Assembly: GCF_964213995.1 (NCBI RefSeq)
Contig: NC_135823.1
Location: 1,612,001 to 1,660,633, forward strand
Direction: 5' to 3'
DNA: 48,633 nucleotides
From: Mustelus asterias
Taxonomy: Eukaryota
Below are positions 12,601 through 24,731 of this stretch, in pieces. Under the pieces are notes generated by a model. That model made no database searches and had not been told where the DNA came from. It worked only from the letters and a program-made list of their open reading frames with translations. A program made the translations under genes and the position numbers. The stretch's first letter is position 1; every line of letters starts with the position of its first letter.

Positions 12601-13742
12601 GAGGGTTGGCTGACTGGCAGAAGGCAGAAAGTGGGGATAAAGCGGTATTTTTCAAAATGGCAGCCGGTGACTAGTGGTGTGCCTCAGGAGTCAGTGCTGG
12701 GACCACAACTTTTCACAATACACATTAACGATTTGGAGGAAGGATCTGAAGTCACTGTTGCTAAGTTTGCAGATCATACAAAGTTATGTAGAGGGACAGG
12801 TAATATTGAGGATGCAGGGGGACTGCAGAAGGACTTGGACAGGTTAGGAGAGTGGGCAAAGAAGTTGCAGATGTATTACAATGTGGAAAAGTGTGAGGTT
12901 ATGCACTTTGGAAGGAGGAATGGATGCATAGACTATTTCCTAAATGGGAAAATGCTTATGAAATCAGAAACAGAATGGGACTTGGGAGTCATTGTTCAAG
13001 ACTATCTCGTGTTTAAGTGCAGATTCAATCGGTAGTTAGGAAGGCAAATGCAATGTTAGCATTCATGTCGAGAGGGCTAGAATACAAGAGCAAGGATGTA
13101 CTTCTGAGGATCTATAAGGGTCTGGTCAGAACCCATTTGGAGTATTGTGAGCAGTTTTTGGCCCCATATCAAAGGAAGGATGTGCTGGCCTTGGAAAGGG
13201 TCAAGAGGAGGTTCACAAGTATGATCCCTGGAATGAAGAGCATGTCGTCTGAGGAACGGTTGAGGACTCTGGTTCTGTACTCATTGGAGTTTAGAAGGAT
13301 GACGGGGTGGGTGGCGGGGTGTGGGGGGAGGGGGATCTTATTGAAACTTACTGGATACTGCGAGGCCTGGAAAGAGTGGCCGTGGAGAGGAAGTTTCTAG
13401 TAGGAAAAACTGGAACCAGAGAGCACAACTTCAGGCTAATGGGCCATCCTTTAAAACAGAGATGAGCAGCAATTTCTTCAGCTGGAGAGTGGCGAATCTC
13501 TGGAACTCTTTGCCGAAGAATGCTGTGGAGGCCAAGTCATTGAGTGTCTTTAAGACAGAGATAGATAGTTTCTTGTTTAATAAGGGGATCAGTGGTTATG
13601 GGGAAAAGGGAGAAGAATGGGGATGAGAAAAATATCAACCATAATTGAATGGCGGAGCAGACACGATGGAACGACACATGGAACGAGAGGCATAATTCTG
13701 CTCCTATGTCTTATGGTCTTATGGTCTTGTGGTCTTATGGTC
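9660..13742 (+). mobile_element. Near full-length degenerate CR1 LINE (ORF1 esterase plus ORF2 APE-RT) in the gene A C1-TM intron
   Basis: APE motifs (VVGITEAW, DFN, SDHN), RT motifs (FDKVPH, SGVPQESVLGP, KFADHTK) and a (TCTTATGG)n tail at about 13708-13742; SINE nested at about 10706-11050. Confidence 0.95.
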
Positions 13743-13744
13743 TG

Positions 13745-14080
13745 TCCAACTATCTTTGGTGAATTGATGCAGTGCATCTAATAAATGGTGCACATTGCTG
13801 CTTCTGAACGTTCAGTGGTGCACGGAGTGGATGTGGTGCCAAACAAGCGGGCTCCTTTGTCCTGGATGGTATCAAGCTTCTTGAGTGTTTTTTGGAGCTG
13901 CACCCAACAAGGCAAGTGGGGAGTAATCTATCACAATTCTGAATTGTGTTTTGCAGATAGTGGACAGGTTTTGGGGAGTCAGGTGGTGAGTTCCTTCGCA
14001 GGATTCCCAGCCACGAAATTGCACTTGTAGCCATCGTGCTTAAGTGGAGGATTCTGTCATGGTAAAACCATTGAATCTCA
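13745..14080 (-). mobile_element. L2-like LINE fragment
   Basis: Degenerate RT C-terminal-like translation; family assignment is tentative. Confidence 0.45.
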
Positions 14081-14174
14081 CGGGGTTACTCTGCCTGCGT
14101 TCCGTTTGACATCCTTGAAGCCCAGAAAAAATGATTTGACCCAGCAACAGTTTCGATTTTTTTTCCCTCTGCAG

Positions 14175-14602
14175 GATGGTGCACTCTGGAACATCCCACT
14201 GTCATAACTGTCCTGGTGATGCCGATTCTACTCTGGATGTTTCTTTCCATTTGAGAACATAAGAACATAAGAAATAGGAGCAGGAGTAAGCCATCTAGCC
14301 ACTCGAGCTTGCCACGCCATTCAATAAGATCATGGCTGATCTGAAGTGAATCAGTTCCACTTACCCGCCTGTTCCCCATAACCCTTAATTCCCCTACCGA
14401 TCAGAAATCCATTTATCCGTGACTTAAACATATTCAACGAGGTCGCCTCCACCACTTCAGTGGGCAGAGAATTCCAGAGATTCACCACCCTCTGAGAGAA
14501 GAAGTTCCTCCTCACCGCTGTCCTAAACTGACCCCCCCTTTATTTTGAGGCTGTGCCCTCGAGTTCTGGTTTCCGTTTGGATTTGGAAGAAAGGCAGAAC
14601 AG
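14175..14602 (+). pseudogene. Gene A transmembrane exon interrupted by a CR1 fragment
   Basis: tttccctctgcag| acceptor; RWCTLEHPTVITVLVMPILLWMFLS(I/V) [insertion 14254-14569] WIWKKGRT; donor CAG|GTAAGG, phase 1 at both ends. Confidence 0.8.
14254..14569 (-). mobile_element. 5'-truncated CR1 3' end inserted in the gene A TM exon
   Basis: (AGAACATA)n tail and CR1 3' UTR; flanked by TTTCCATTTG (14244-14253) and TTTCCGTTTG (14570-14579). Confidence 0.88.
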
Positions 14603-14699
14603 GTAAGGAATAATTTTCAGGAGGGATAATATCACGATTGTTCATCCAATGTGATTCTCCTCGTAGTTTTGTATTGCTCATCGTACTGTCTTCTTTCAG

Positions 14700-14730
14700 A
14701 AGAGCGAGTTAAGGGAGCCTGCAAAGAAAG
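14700..14730 (+). pseudogene. Gene A candidate first cytoplasmic exon (EERVKGACKE)
   Basis: tcttctttcag| phase-1 acceptor 97 bp after the TM donor; possible GC donor AAG|GCGAGT, otherwise the frame reads through to a stop at 14878. Confidence 0.5.
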
Positions 14731-15669
14731 GCGAGTAACTGAGCCATTTATAAAATTCGTCTCAAATACTACCTCTGTATTAAACTGTATTCACCCCAGT
14801 TCAACATCACCACGGATGCAAATGCTATATGTCGAAACCTTCCATAATTTAACGTTGAATATCCTTTCTTTCAAATAATTCTGGCTTTTCGGCCAGGACT
14901 TGCCCGATGTAACACTTGCTTAATTCTTTTTATTTCCTTATCCAGTTTTAGCTTGAGAGAGACAGCACACAGAGGGGGGCGGACAGACGGACAAACAGGT
15001 TGATGGTCACCAAATTGTGGAATTGAACACGGCTCCCTGGCGCTGTGAGGCAGCAGTTCCACGCAGTGCTAAAATGGAAGAAGCTGAGTGTACTTCCAGC
15101 CATCAAATTGTACCTTAATTAATCCCCTGTTAGTCCCATTGAAAAGTATACATGTTGTATTCAAATGTTGGCACCGATTCAATATCATTGAACAAACATA
15201 TAGAATCCTTACAGTGCAGAAGGAGGCCATTCGGCCAATCTTGCCTACAATGCCAACAATTCCAGCCAGGCCCTAACCCCGTAACCCCTGATGCTAACGG
15301 GCAAATGACACATCCTTTTACACTAAGGGGCAATTGCGAATGGCCAATCCAACTTACCTACAAATGTTTGGGCAAATGTTTGGGCATATAATTATACATG
15401 TTTGAGGAACTTCTTCACACAAAGTGTTGTGAATCAGTGGAATTCTCTGCCCAGTGAAGCATTTGAGGCTACCTCATTCAATGTTTTTAAGGCAAGTATA
15501 GATGCATTTTTGAACAGTGAAGTAATTAAGGGTTATGGTGAGCGGGCGGGTAAGTGGAGCTGAGTCCACAAAAACATCAGCCATGATCTGATTGAATGGC
15601 GGAGCAGGCTCGACGGGCCTGATGGCCTACTCCTGCTCCTATGCTCTTACGTTCTTATTTAGAGCCAGT

Positions 15670-15970
15670 ATAGCTTGGCCTGTTCACCTACACTACTCAT
15701 CTTTGGACACTAAGGGACAATTCAGCATGGCCAATCCATCTAAACTGCACATCTTCGGAGACTAAGGGGCAATTCAGCATGATCAATCCACCTAACTTGC
15801 ACATCTTTGGACACTAAGGAGAAGTTCAGCATGGTCAATCCCAATCCACTAAACTGCACATCTTTTCACAGTAAGGTTGAATTCGGCATGGCCAATCCAT
15901 ATAACCTGCTCATATTTTAGCAGTCAGGGGCAATTACCTTGGCTAATTCACCTAATCTGCACATCTTTTG
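15670..15970. repeat. About 52-bp minisatellite from a SINE internal segment (also 27420-27665, 32590-32830, 37230-37550, 46590-46770, 47180-47380)
   Basis: Tandem units of ggacactaaggggcaatttagcatggccaatccacctaacctgcacatcttt. Confidence 0.9.
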
Positions 15971-17049
15971 ACCGTGGGAGGAAACTGGAAAACGCAAAGG
16001 AAACCAGAGCACTCAGAGGAAACCCACGCAGATACAGAGAAGAAGTGAAAGTTCCACACAGAGAGTCACCTAATTGTGGAATTGAACACGGCTCCCTGGC
16101 GCTGTGAGGCAGCAGTTCCACGCAGTGCTAAAATGGAAGAGATTGAGTGTACTTCCAGCAATCAAATTGTTCCATAATTAATCCCCTGTTAGTCCCATTG
16201 AAAAGTATACATGTTGACCATCAATTCTGGCACTGAAATATCTCTAGTGCAATAGACGGCAGGTGGGATAGAAATGCCTTGTCCATCCATTGGTGGATTG
16301 GGATCCATTGAAGTATTATTTGACAGTTGATGTTCTGAGGGACCGGTTATGTATTAGAACAACACTGGTGGATGTGGAGCGGCTTCTTTGGATTGACACC
16401 CATTGAGACGTTAGGCCAATTGATGTATTGGTGCAACAGGGCATCATTTGAGTACTATGTCTCAAATTAATCATAGCTTAGCTGGAACAGGATTAGATTT
16501 ATATTACCATCTTCCACTTTGTTACACAGAATATCGCCAAACATATTGAATGGGAACACAAGACGGTGCAGTTCAGGTAATTGTTTTGCAAATATTTTAA
16601 TACTGTGCAGAACATTTCTGGGTTTTGGAATAAGGTGCAGGATGTCCCATGTTGGATATTTCACGCGGCTGTCAGAGAGCAGCTCACTGTCTGAAGCATC
16701 TAAATGTGAATCAAATCACATTTGTCCACACACTGGCGTCAGAACATGTCCCTCTGCGGCTCTTCCAACTGATTATACAGCGATTGAGTGAATGTTCCGG
16801 TTGGAAAATCTCTGTCAGATGTTTCTGCAGGTTTCCTGAAGTTTCATTTGCAGATTGGCAGCTTTCTGTTATTTTTCACTTTCTTTTTCTCCGCGGAGAA
16901 TCCAGTTGTCCCTCAAGTAACTCCGAGTTTCCTCCAATCTGCTCACACTTGGAAATGAATTAATTGCTGGAATTACGATGTCCAAAGCCATGGTAGTTTT
17001 TTATCGAGAAATCAACAGATGTGTTGTGTTGTAAATACACAGAGAAGGT

Positions 17050-17590
17050 TTGTATGTGTGTGTGTTTGTTTCTGTGTGAGATTCTCTGTCTTCTTTCGAT
17101 ATGAGTCAGTGTGAGATTGTGTATGTGTGTGTGTGTGTGAGAGAGAGAGATTCTTTGTGTATCTCTCTGTATGTGTCGGTGGGAGATTGTGGTTTTGTGT
17201 GTGAGTGAGAGAAATTATTGGTCTGTGCAGCTGTCAATATGTGTCGGTGTGGATTGTGTGTTGTGTGTGTGTGTGTGTGTTTGTGTGAGTGTGTGTACCT
17301 GTGTGCTGTGTGAGTTTTCGTGTGTACCTGAGAGAGAGGGAGAGAGACTGAGAGGGCGAGAGACTGTCTGTTTGAGGGAGAACATGTATGAGTGAACGTG
17401 TGTGTGAATATATGTGTATCTTCCTTTGTGACTCTGTGTGTCTATCTGTGTGTGAGGCAGTGTTTGTAAGAGTGTCTCTGTGTGTGTATGTGTGTGTGTG
17501 TGTGTGAGTCTGTGTTTGCATGTGTAAGTGTGTCTGAGTCTGTGTGCTTGGGAGTGAGAATGATTCTGAGTGCGTGCGTGTGGTGCAGTG
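17050..17590. repeat. Compound (TG)n/(GA)n low-complexity tract
   Basis: Direct inspection. Confidence 0.95.
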
Positions 17591-17640
17591 TTCTGTTCGA
17601 TATTTACTCCCTCAACAAACATCTAAAAATGCAACAATGT

Positions 17641-20600
17641 ATAGAACATAGAACAGAGAACAGTACAGCACAGAACAGGCCCTTCGGCCCACGATGTTGT
17701 GCCGAGCTTTATCTGAAACCAAGATCAAGCTATCCCACTCCCTATCTTCCTGGTGTGCTCCATGTGCTTATCCAATAACCGCTTAAATGTTCCTAAAGTG
17801 TCTGACTCCACTATCACTGCAGGCAGTCCATTCCACACCCCAACCACTCCCTGCGTAAAGAACCTACATCTGATATACTTCCTGTATCTCCCACCACGAA
17901 CCCTATAGTTATGCCCCCTTGTAATAGCTCCATCCACCCGAGGAAATAGTCTTTGAACGTTCACACAATCTATCCCCTTCATCATTTTATAAACCTCTAT
18001 TAAGTCTCCCCTCAGCCTCCTCCGCTCCAGAGAGAACAGCCCTAGCTCCCTCAACCTTTCCTCATAAGACCTACCCTCCAAACCAGGCAGCATCCTGGTC
18101 AATCGCCTCTGCACTCTTTCCAGCGCTTCCACATCCTTCTTATAGTGAGGTGACCAGAACGGCACACAATATTCCAAATGTGGTCGCACCAAAGTCCTGT
18201 AGAGTTGCAGCATAACCCCACGGCTCTTAAACTCCAAGCCCCTGTTAATAAAAGCTAACACACTATAAGCCTTCTTCATAGCTCTATCCACTTGAGTGGC
18301 AACCTTTAGAGATCTGTGGATATGGACCCTAAGATCTCTCTGTTCCTCAACAGTCTTCAGAACCCTACCTTTGACCCTGTAATCCACATTTAAATTAGTC
18401 CTACCAAAATGAATCACCTCACATTTATCAGGGTTAAACACGATTTGCCATTTTTCAGCCCAGCTTTGCATCCTATCTATGTCTCTTTGCAGCCTACAAC
18501 AGCCCTCCACCTCATCCACTACTCCACCAATCTTGGTGGCATCAGCAAATTTACTGATCCACCCTTCAGCCCCCTCCTCTAAGTCATTAATAAAAATCAC
18601 AAAGAGCAGAGGACCAAGCACTGATCCCTGCGGCACTCCGCTAGCAACCTGCCTCCAATCCGAAAATTTTCCATCGACCACCACCCTCTGTCTTCGATCA
18701 GACAGCCAGTTACCTATCCAATCGGCCAACTTTCCCTCTATCCCACACATCCTCATTTTCATCATAAGCCGACCATGGGGGACCTTATCAAACGCCTTAC
18801 TAAATTCCATGTATATGACATCAACTGCCCTACCTTCATCAACACACTTAGTTACCTCCTCAAGAAATTCTATCAAATTTCTGAGGCACGACTTGCCCTT
18901 CACGAATCCGTGCTGAACATCCAGGATTAATCCGCATCTTTCTAAATGGTCGTAAATCCCATCTCTAAGGACCTTTTCCATTAATTTACCAACCACCGAA
19001 GTAAGACTAACAGGTCTATAATTACCAGGGTCATTTCTATTCCCTTTCTTAAACAGAGGAACAACATTCGCCATTCTCCAGTCCTCTGACACCGTCCCCG
19101 TGGACAGCGAGGACCCAAAGATCAAAGCCAAAGGCTCTGCAATCTCATCCCTTGCCGCCCAAAGAATCCGAGGATATATTTAATCAGGCCCAGCGTACTT
19201 ATCGACCTTCGGTTTATTCAAAGCTGCCAGGACATCCTCCCTCCGAACATCTATTTCATCCAACCTATTAGCCTGTAACACCTTCTCTTCCTCAAAAACA
19301 TGGCCCCTCTCTTTGGTGAACACTGAAGAAAAGTATTCATTCATCATCTCGCCTATCTCTACTGACTCCATACACAAGTTCCCACTACTGTCCTTGACCG
19401 GCCCTAACCTCACACTGGTCATTCTTTTATTCCTCACATAAGAGTTAGAAGCCTTGGGGTTTTCCTTGATCCGACCCGCCAGGGACTTCTCGTGTCCCCT
19501 CCTCGCTCTCCTAAGCCCATTTTTCAGCTCATTGTTTGCTCACTTGTAACCCTCAATCGAGCCATCTGAACCTTGTTTCCTCATCCCTACATAAGCTTCA
19601 CTCTTCCTTTTCACAAGACATTCCACCTCTTTCGTGAACCATGGTTCCCTCACTCTGCCATTTCCTCCCTGCCTGACAGGGACATACCTATCCAGTATTT
19701 GTTCCTTGAAAAATTTCCACTTTTCATTAGTTCCTTTCTCTGACAGTTTCTGTTCCCAACTTATGCCCCCTAATTCTTGCCTAATCGTATCATAATTACC
19801 TCTCCCCCAATTGTAAACCTGACCCTGCCGTACGGCCCTATCCCTCTCCATTGCAATAACAAAAGACACCGAATTGTGGTCACTATCTCCAAAGTGCTCT
19901 CCCACAACCAAATCTGACACTTGGCCCGGTTCATTTCCCAGTACCAAATCCAACGTGGCCTCACCTCTTGTCGGCCTATCCACATAGTGCGTCAGGAAAC
20001 CCTCCTGCACACACTGCACAAAAACTGCCCCATCAGAACTATTTGACCTACAAAGGTTCCAATCAATATTTGGAAAGTTAAAGTCCCCCATGACAACTAC
20101 CCTGTGACCCCCACACTTATCCATAATCTGCTTAGCAATTTCTTCCTCCACATCTCTATTACTATCCGGGGGCCTATAGTAAACTCCTAACAACGTGACC
20201 GCTCCTTTCCTATTTCTAACCTCAGCCCATATTACCTCAGTGTGCAGATCCCCCTCGAAGTGCCTTTCCGCAGCCGTTAAAATATCCTTGATTAACAGTG
20301 CCACTCCTCCACCTCTTTTACCAGCTTCCCTACACTTAGTGAAACATGTATACCCCGGAACGTCCAACAACCATTCCTGTCCTTGTTCTACCCACGTCTC
20401 CGTAATGGCCACAACATCGTAGTCCCAAGTACCAATCCACGCCCCAAGTTCATCTACCTTGTTCCGGATGCTCTTTGCATTGAAGTAGACACACTTCAAC
20501 CCACCTTCCTGTCTACCGGTACCCACCCTTGACCCTGATACCTTCCCCAATACCTCAGCACTCTCACTGACTTCTGGACTACAACTCCTTTTCCCACTCC

Positions 20601-20773
20601 CCTGACAAATTAGTTTAAACCCCCCTGAAGAGCCGTAACAAATTTCCCTCCTAGGATATTGGTGCCCCTCTGGTTCAGGTGCACCCCGTCCTGTTTGTAC
20701 AGGTCCCACCTTCCCCAGAATGTGTTCCAGTTATCCACGTATCTGAAACCCTCCCTCCTACAGCATCCCTGCA
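17641..20773 (-). mobile_element. Relatively young CR1/HER1 LINE (end of ORF1 plus ORF2)
   Basis: 389-aa APE-containing and 468-aa RT-containing ORFs (VAITETW, GDFNFP, SDHN, GVPQGSVLGP, FADATK) and an (ATAGAAC)n tail. Confidence 0.97.
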
Positions 20774-22849
20774 ACTAATTTAACTGGGTCATTAATTACA
20801 TTTTCCTTCTTGGATCATACTGTTTCAAAAGGCGCAGCCACATTTACCACCTGAAATTCGATGAATACAATTTCAACAAGTGGCGGTCAACGATGAGGTG
20901 TTCAAACAAGAAAGATACAAGTAAATGCAAACTGGCTGGTGTTTGAAATTAGCTGTTTGGTTTGATGGTGGAAATTTTAATTACCTATAAAAGGGACCTG
21001 AATCTACATGTAAAATGCTGTAACGTACACGGCTACAGATTGGGTGCTGGGCAGCGGGATTGGAATAGACAGCGAGCTTTCGGGCTGGCACAAACATGAT
21101 GGGGAATGGCCTCCTTTTCTGCCATATCTGTCCTGTGGTTCAATGCCGCCAAGACATTTGATTGCGTGTGGCTATTGTGATTACATGTGAGTGATTTGCC
21201 GAAACACAAGGATAATCGGCGGCACGGTGGCACATTGGTTAACACGGCTGCTTCACAGCGCCAGGAACCCGAGTTCAATTCCTTGGATTGGTGTCTCTGT
21301 AGAGTTTGCATGTTCTCACCTTCTCTGTGTGGGTTTCCTCCGGGTGCACCTGTTCCCTCCCAAGTGTAGTTTATACGGTCACTCAGTATCCCAAGTTGTG
21401 TAGGTTAGATGGATTAGCCATGATAAATGTGTTCGGTTACAGGAATAGGGTGGGGGAGAGGGTTTGGGTCAGATTAATTGTCAGATAGTCCATACAGTCT
21501 CGATGGGATGAATGGTCTCAGTCTGCACTGTCGGGATTCTATGATTCTGAAGGGGCTTGAGAGGATAAACGCTGAGACGCTGTTCAGCGAACCTTGAACA
21601 TAACACACGGAGAAACATGTTAATTGGATTGTCTGTTTAACAGAAATCGAATTGACAGACTCAACACCAGTTTTCTGAATAAATGTTAGTGACGCCTTTG
21701 TTAAGCCGCTTTCCAAATTTTGCTTCTCTGTCACGACGTTATTTCAGTCAATTTCAGCTTATAGGCGTTGGGACGTTAAGCATTTTCAAGGCTGAGATGG
21801 ACAGCTTCTTAATCAGTAAGGGAATAAAGGGTTATGGGAATAAGGCGGGAAAGTGGACTTGACGACTGTCATATCAGCACAGTCATGAACTCATTGAATG
21901 GCGGAGCAGACTCGATGGGCTGAATGGCCTACTTCTGCTCCTGTCTCTTATGGCCTTACTATGTTACAGTCTAACTCTTCCATTGGCAATTTCCAATTGA
22001 GATAGAGGCCAATGGATGCAGATTCAATCGCCACTTTCAAAAAGGAATCGGATAACTACTTGTTGCAAAGAACAGAGCTGAGCATTATGCAGAAAGTTAA
22101 AGTGAAGGTTGGTCTTAAGGAGAGGCGATGGTCTAGTTGTCTTCGCGCGAGACTATTAATGCAGATACTCAGCTAATGTTCCAGGGAGCCGAGTTCGAAT
22201 CCCGAAAGGCAGATGGTTGAATTTTTATTCAACGAAACAACATCTGGAATTAATTATCTCCTAATGACCATGAAACCGTTGTCAGGAAAAAATCCATCTG
22301 TTTCACTTCTCTTCTTTCGGGAAGGAAATCTGCCATTCTGAACTGGTCTGGCCGACACGTAACTCCAGATCCACAGCAATGTGATTGACTCTCAACTGCC
22401 TTCTGAACAAGGACAACTCGGAATGGGCGAAGTCCATGTCCCAAAAATGAATTAAAAAATGGATAGCTCTTTCAAAGATCCAACACGGATTCAATGGGCT
22501 GGTTAGGCTCCTTCTAATTTGTGCCATGCTATGATTTTATGTCACGCGTTTGAGGTTGAGGGTAATCTTAACTATATATGGGCCGAAAGGCCTCCCTGAG
22601 CACTGGCGGGCTTCTATGATTCACTATGATGTATCTATGATTTGTGAATATTTCAGAGTGGACCTGTCTCCGCCTCCCTGTTTTTGGCCGCTTTGGAAAA
22701 GAGTTCGAAAAAGAAGGCAGGTCGAAAATGAGAGTTAGAATGATGAATTCTGGAGCAGGCAGGATGACCCGAGAATCCCACAGCATCAATGAAGTAAACA
22801 TGGTTCCAAGGAGTCTCATCTCAAACAGCTGAACTTTCCCCGTGCATTC

Positions 22850-23980
22850 GTCATAGGGAGGTTAGTTAGGAAGGTTCAGTCGCTGGGTATACATGGGGAG
22901 GTAGTAAATTGGATAAGACACTGGCTCAATGGAAGAAGCCAGAGAGTGGTTGTGGAGGATTGCTTCTCTGAGTGGAGGCCTGTGACTAGTGGTGTGCCGC
23001 AGGGATCGGTGTTGGGTCCATTGTTGTTTGTCATCTATATCAATGATCTGGATGATAATGTGGTAAATTGGATCAGCAAGTTTGCTGATGATACAAAGAT
23101 TGGAGGTGTAGTGGACAGTGAGGAAGGTTTTCAAAGCTTGCAGAGGGATTTGGACCAACTAGAAAAATGGGCTCAAAAATGACAAATGGAATTTAACGCA
23201 GACAAGTGTGAGATATTGCACTTTGGAAGGACAAACCAAAGTAGAACGTACAGCGTAAATGGTAGGACTCTGAAGAGTGCAGTTGAACAGAGGGATCTGG
23301 GAAAACAGGTACAGAATTCCCTAAAAGTGACGTCACAGGTGGATAGGGTCGTAAAGAGGGCCTTTGGTAAATTGGCCTTTATAATTCGGAGTATCGAGTA
23401 TAAAAGTTGGAGTGTTATGGTAAGGTTATATAAGGCATTGGTGAGGCCGAATTTGGAGTATTGTGTACAGTTTTGGTCACCTAGTTACAGGAAGGATGTA
23501 AATAAGATTGAAATAGTGCAGAGAAGGTTCACAAGGATGTTGCCGGGACTTGAGAAGCTGAGTTACAGAGAGACATTGAATAGGTTGGGTCTTTATTCCC
23601 TGGAGCGTAGAAGATTGAGGGGAGATTTGATAGAGGTGTATAAGATTTTGATGGGTATAGATAGAGTGAATGCAAGCAGGCTTTTTCCGCTGAGGCTAGG
23701 GGAAAAAAAAAACAGAGGTCATGGGTTATGGGTGAAAGGAGAAAAGTTTCAAGGGAATATTAGGGGGGGCTTCTTCACGCAGAGAGTGGTGGGAGTGTGG
23801 AATGAGCTGCCAGATAAAGTGGTAAATGCATTTAAGAAAAACTTGGACGGGTTCATGGACGAGAGGGGTTTGGAGGGAAATGGTCCAAGTGCAGGTCAGT
23901 GGGACTAGGCATAAAATGGTTCGGCACAGACAAGAAGGGCCAAAAGGCCTGTTTCTGAGCTGTAATTTTCTATGGTTCTA
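22850..23980 (+). mobile_element. 5'-truncated CR1 LINE (RT C-terminal half)
   Basis: SGVPQGSVLGP, KFADDTK, LVRPNLEYC and a TTCTATGG tail. Confidence 0.95.
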
Positions 23981-24414
23981 CCCACCGCCTCGGAAAAGCA
24001 GCCAGTATAATCACGGACCAGATGCACCCTGGACATACTATCTTCCAACTTCTTCTGTCAGGAAAAAAATTACAAAGGTCTGAGGTCATGGACCAACCGA
24101 ATCAAGAACAGCTTATTCACTGCTGCCATCAGACGTTTGAATGGACTTACATCGCATTCAGTTGATCTTTCTCCACAGCCTAGCTATGACTGTAGCATTG
24201 CATTCTGCAGTCTCTCCTTTCCTTCTCTATGAATGGTATGCTTTGTCTGTATAGCGCTCAAGAAGCAATAATTTTCCCTGTATCCTAATACATGTGACAA
24301 TCATAAACCAAGTCAAATAGAATTTTCTGTGTCCTTTATGAATTTTAAAACCTGGATAAAAAAAATAATGAAAAGTCTCCGTGTGGTATAGCCACAATAA
24401 TTCCATTCATTCAC

Positions 24415-24473
24415 CTCTTTATTCTGTTTGTGTTGCCTGGATTCTGTCAGTTCGTCATCACTGTTCGCGGTTC
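24415..24473 (-). pseudogene. Gene B first cytoplasmic exon (GTANSDDELTESRQHKQNKE)
   Basis: ctctttctaacag| phase-1 acceptor 139 bp after the TM donor, open frame, donor GAG|GTGAAT (phase 0). Confidence 0.7.
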
Positions 24474-24612
24474 CTGTTAGAAAGAGTAATTTAAACTGAA
24501 ATTTAAAATGGCTACATTTCACACCGAACCCGCTCAGAAGTGTCAATAACTCAGTGATAAATGAGTGGATTGAGAGCGCCGCGGAGTAACAGCGTCCCAC
24601 AACAATCGCTAC

Positions 24613-24731
24613 CTCTCTGCCGGTTCCTGCAGATCCTTCTTCCGGCCACAAGAACCAATCCTAGAAGGAGAAGCGCCGCGGCCGACAAACCCCCGAAAAC
24701 AGTAAATTACAGGTGGTCGGGAACGGAGAAT
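24613..24731 (-). pseudogene. Gene B transmembrane exon (1-nt frameshift)
   Basis: ttctttttgcag| acceptor; DSPFPTTCNLLF / GGLSAAALLLLGLVLVAG RRICRNRQR; donor GAG|GTAGCG. Confidence 0.82.

Larger units (their letters stand above)
6701..14730 (+). pseudogene. Gene A: non-rearranging VJ-C1-TM immunoglobulin-superfamily receptor-like pseudogene
   Basis: Phase-1 exon chain: leader 6701-6755, VJ 7332-7664, C1 7753-8081, TM 14175-14602 (split by a LINE), cytoplasmic exon from 14700. Disabled by a 1-nt frameshift in C1, C23Y and FGxG->FRxG in V, and a LINE in the TM exon. Confidence 0.88.

Noticed and set aside
15670-15970. Regularly spaced repeats resembling a CRISPR array
   Set aside because: Contiguous diverged tandem units with no unique spacers, derived from a SINE in a vertebrate genome.
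17171-17622. His/Thr- and Cys/Val-rich ORFs
   Set aside because: Translations of TG microsatellite.
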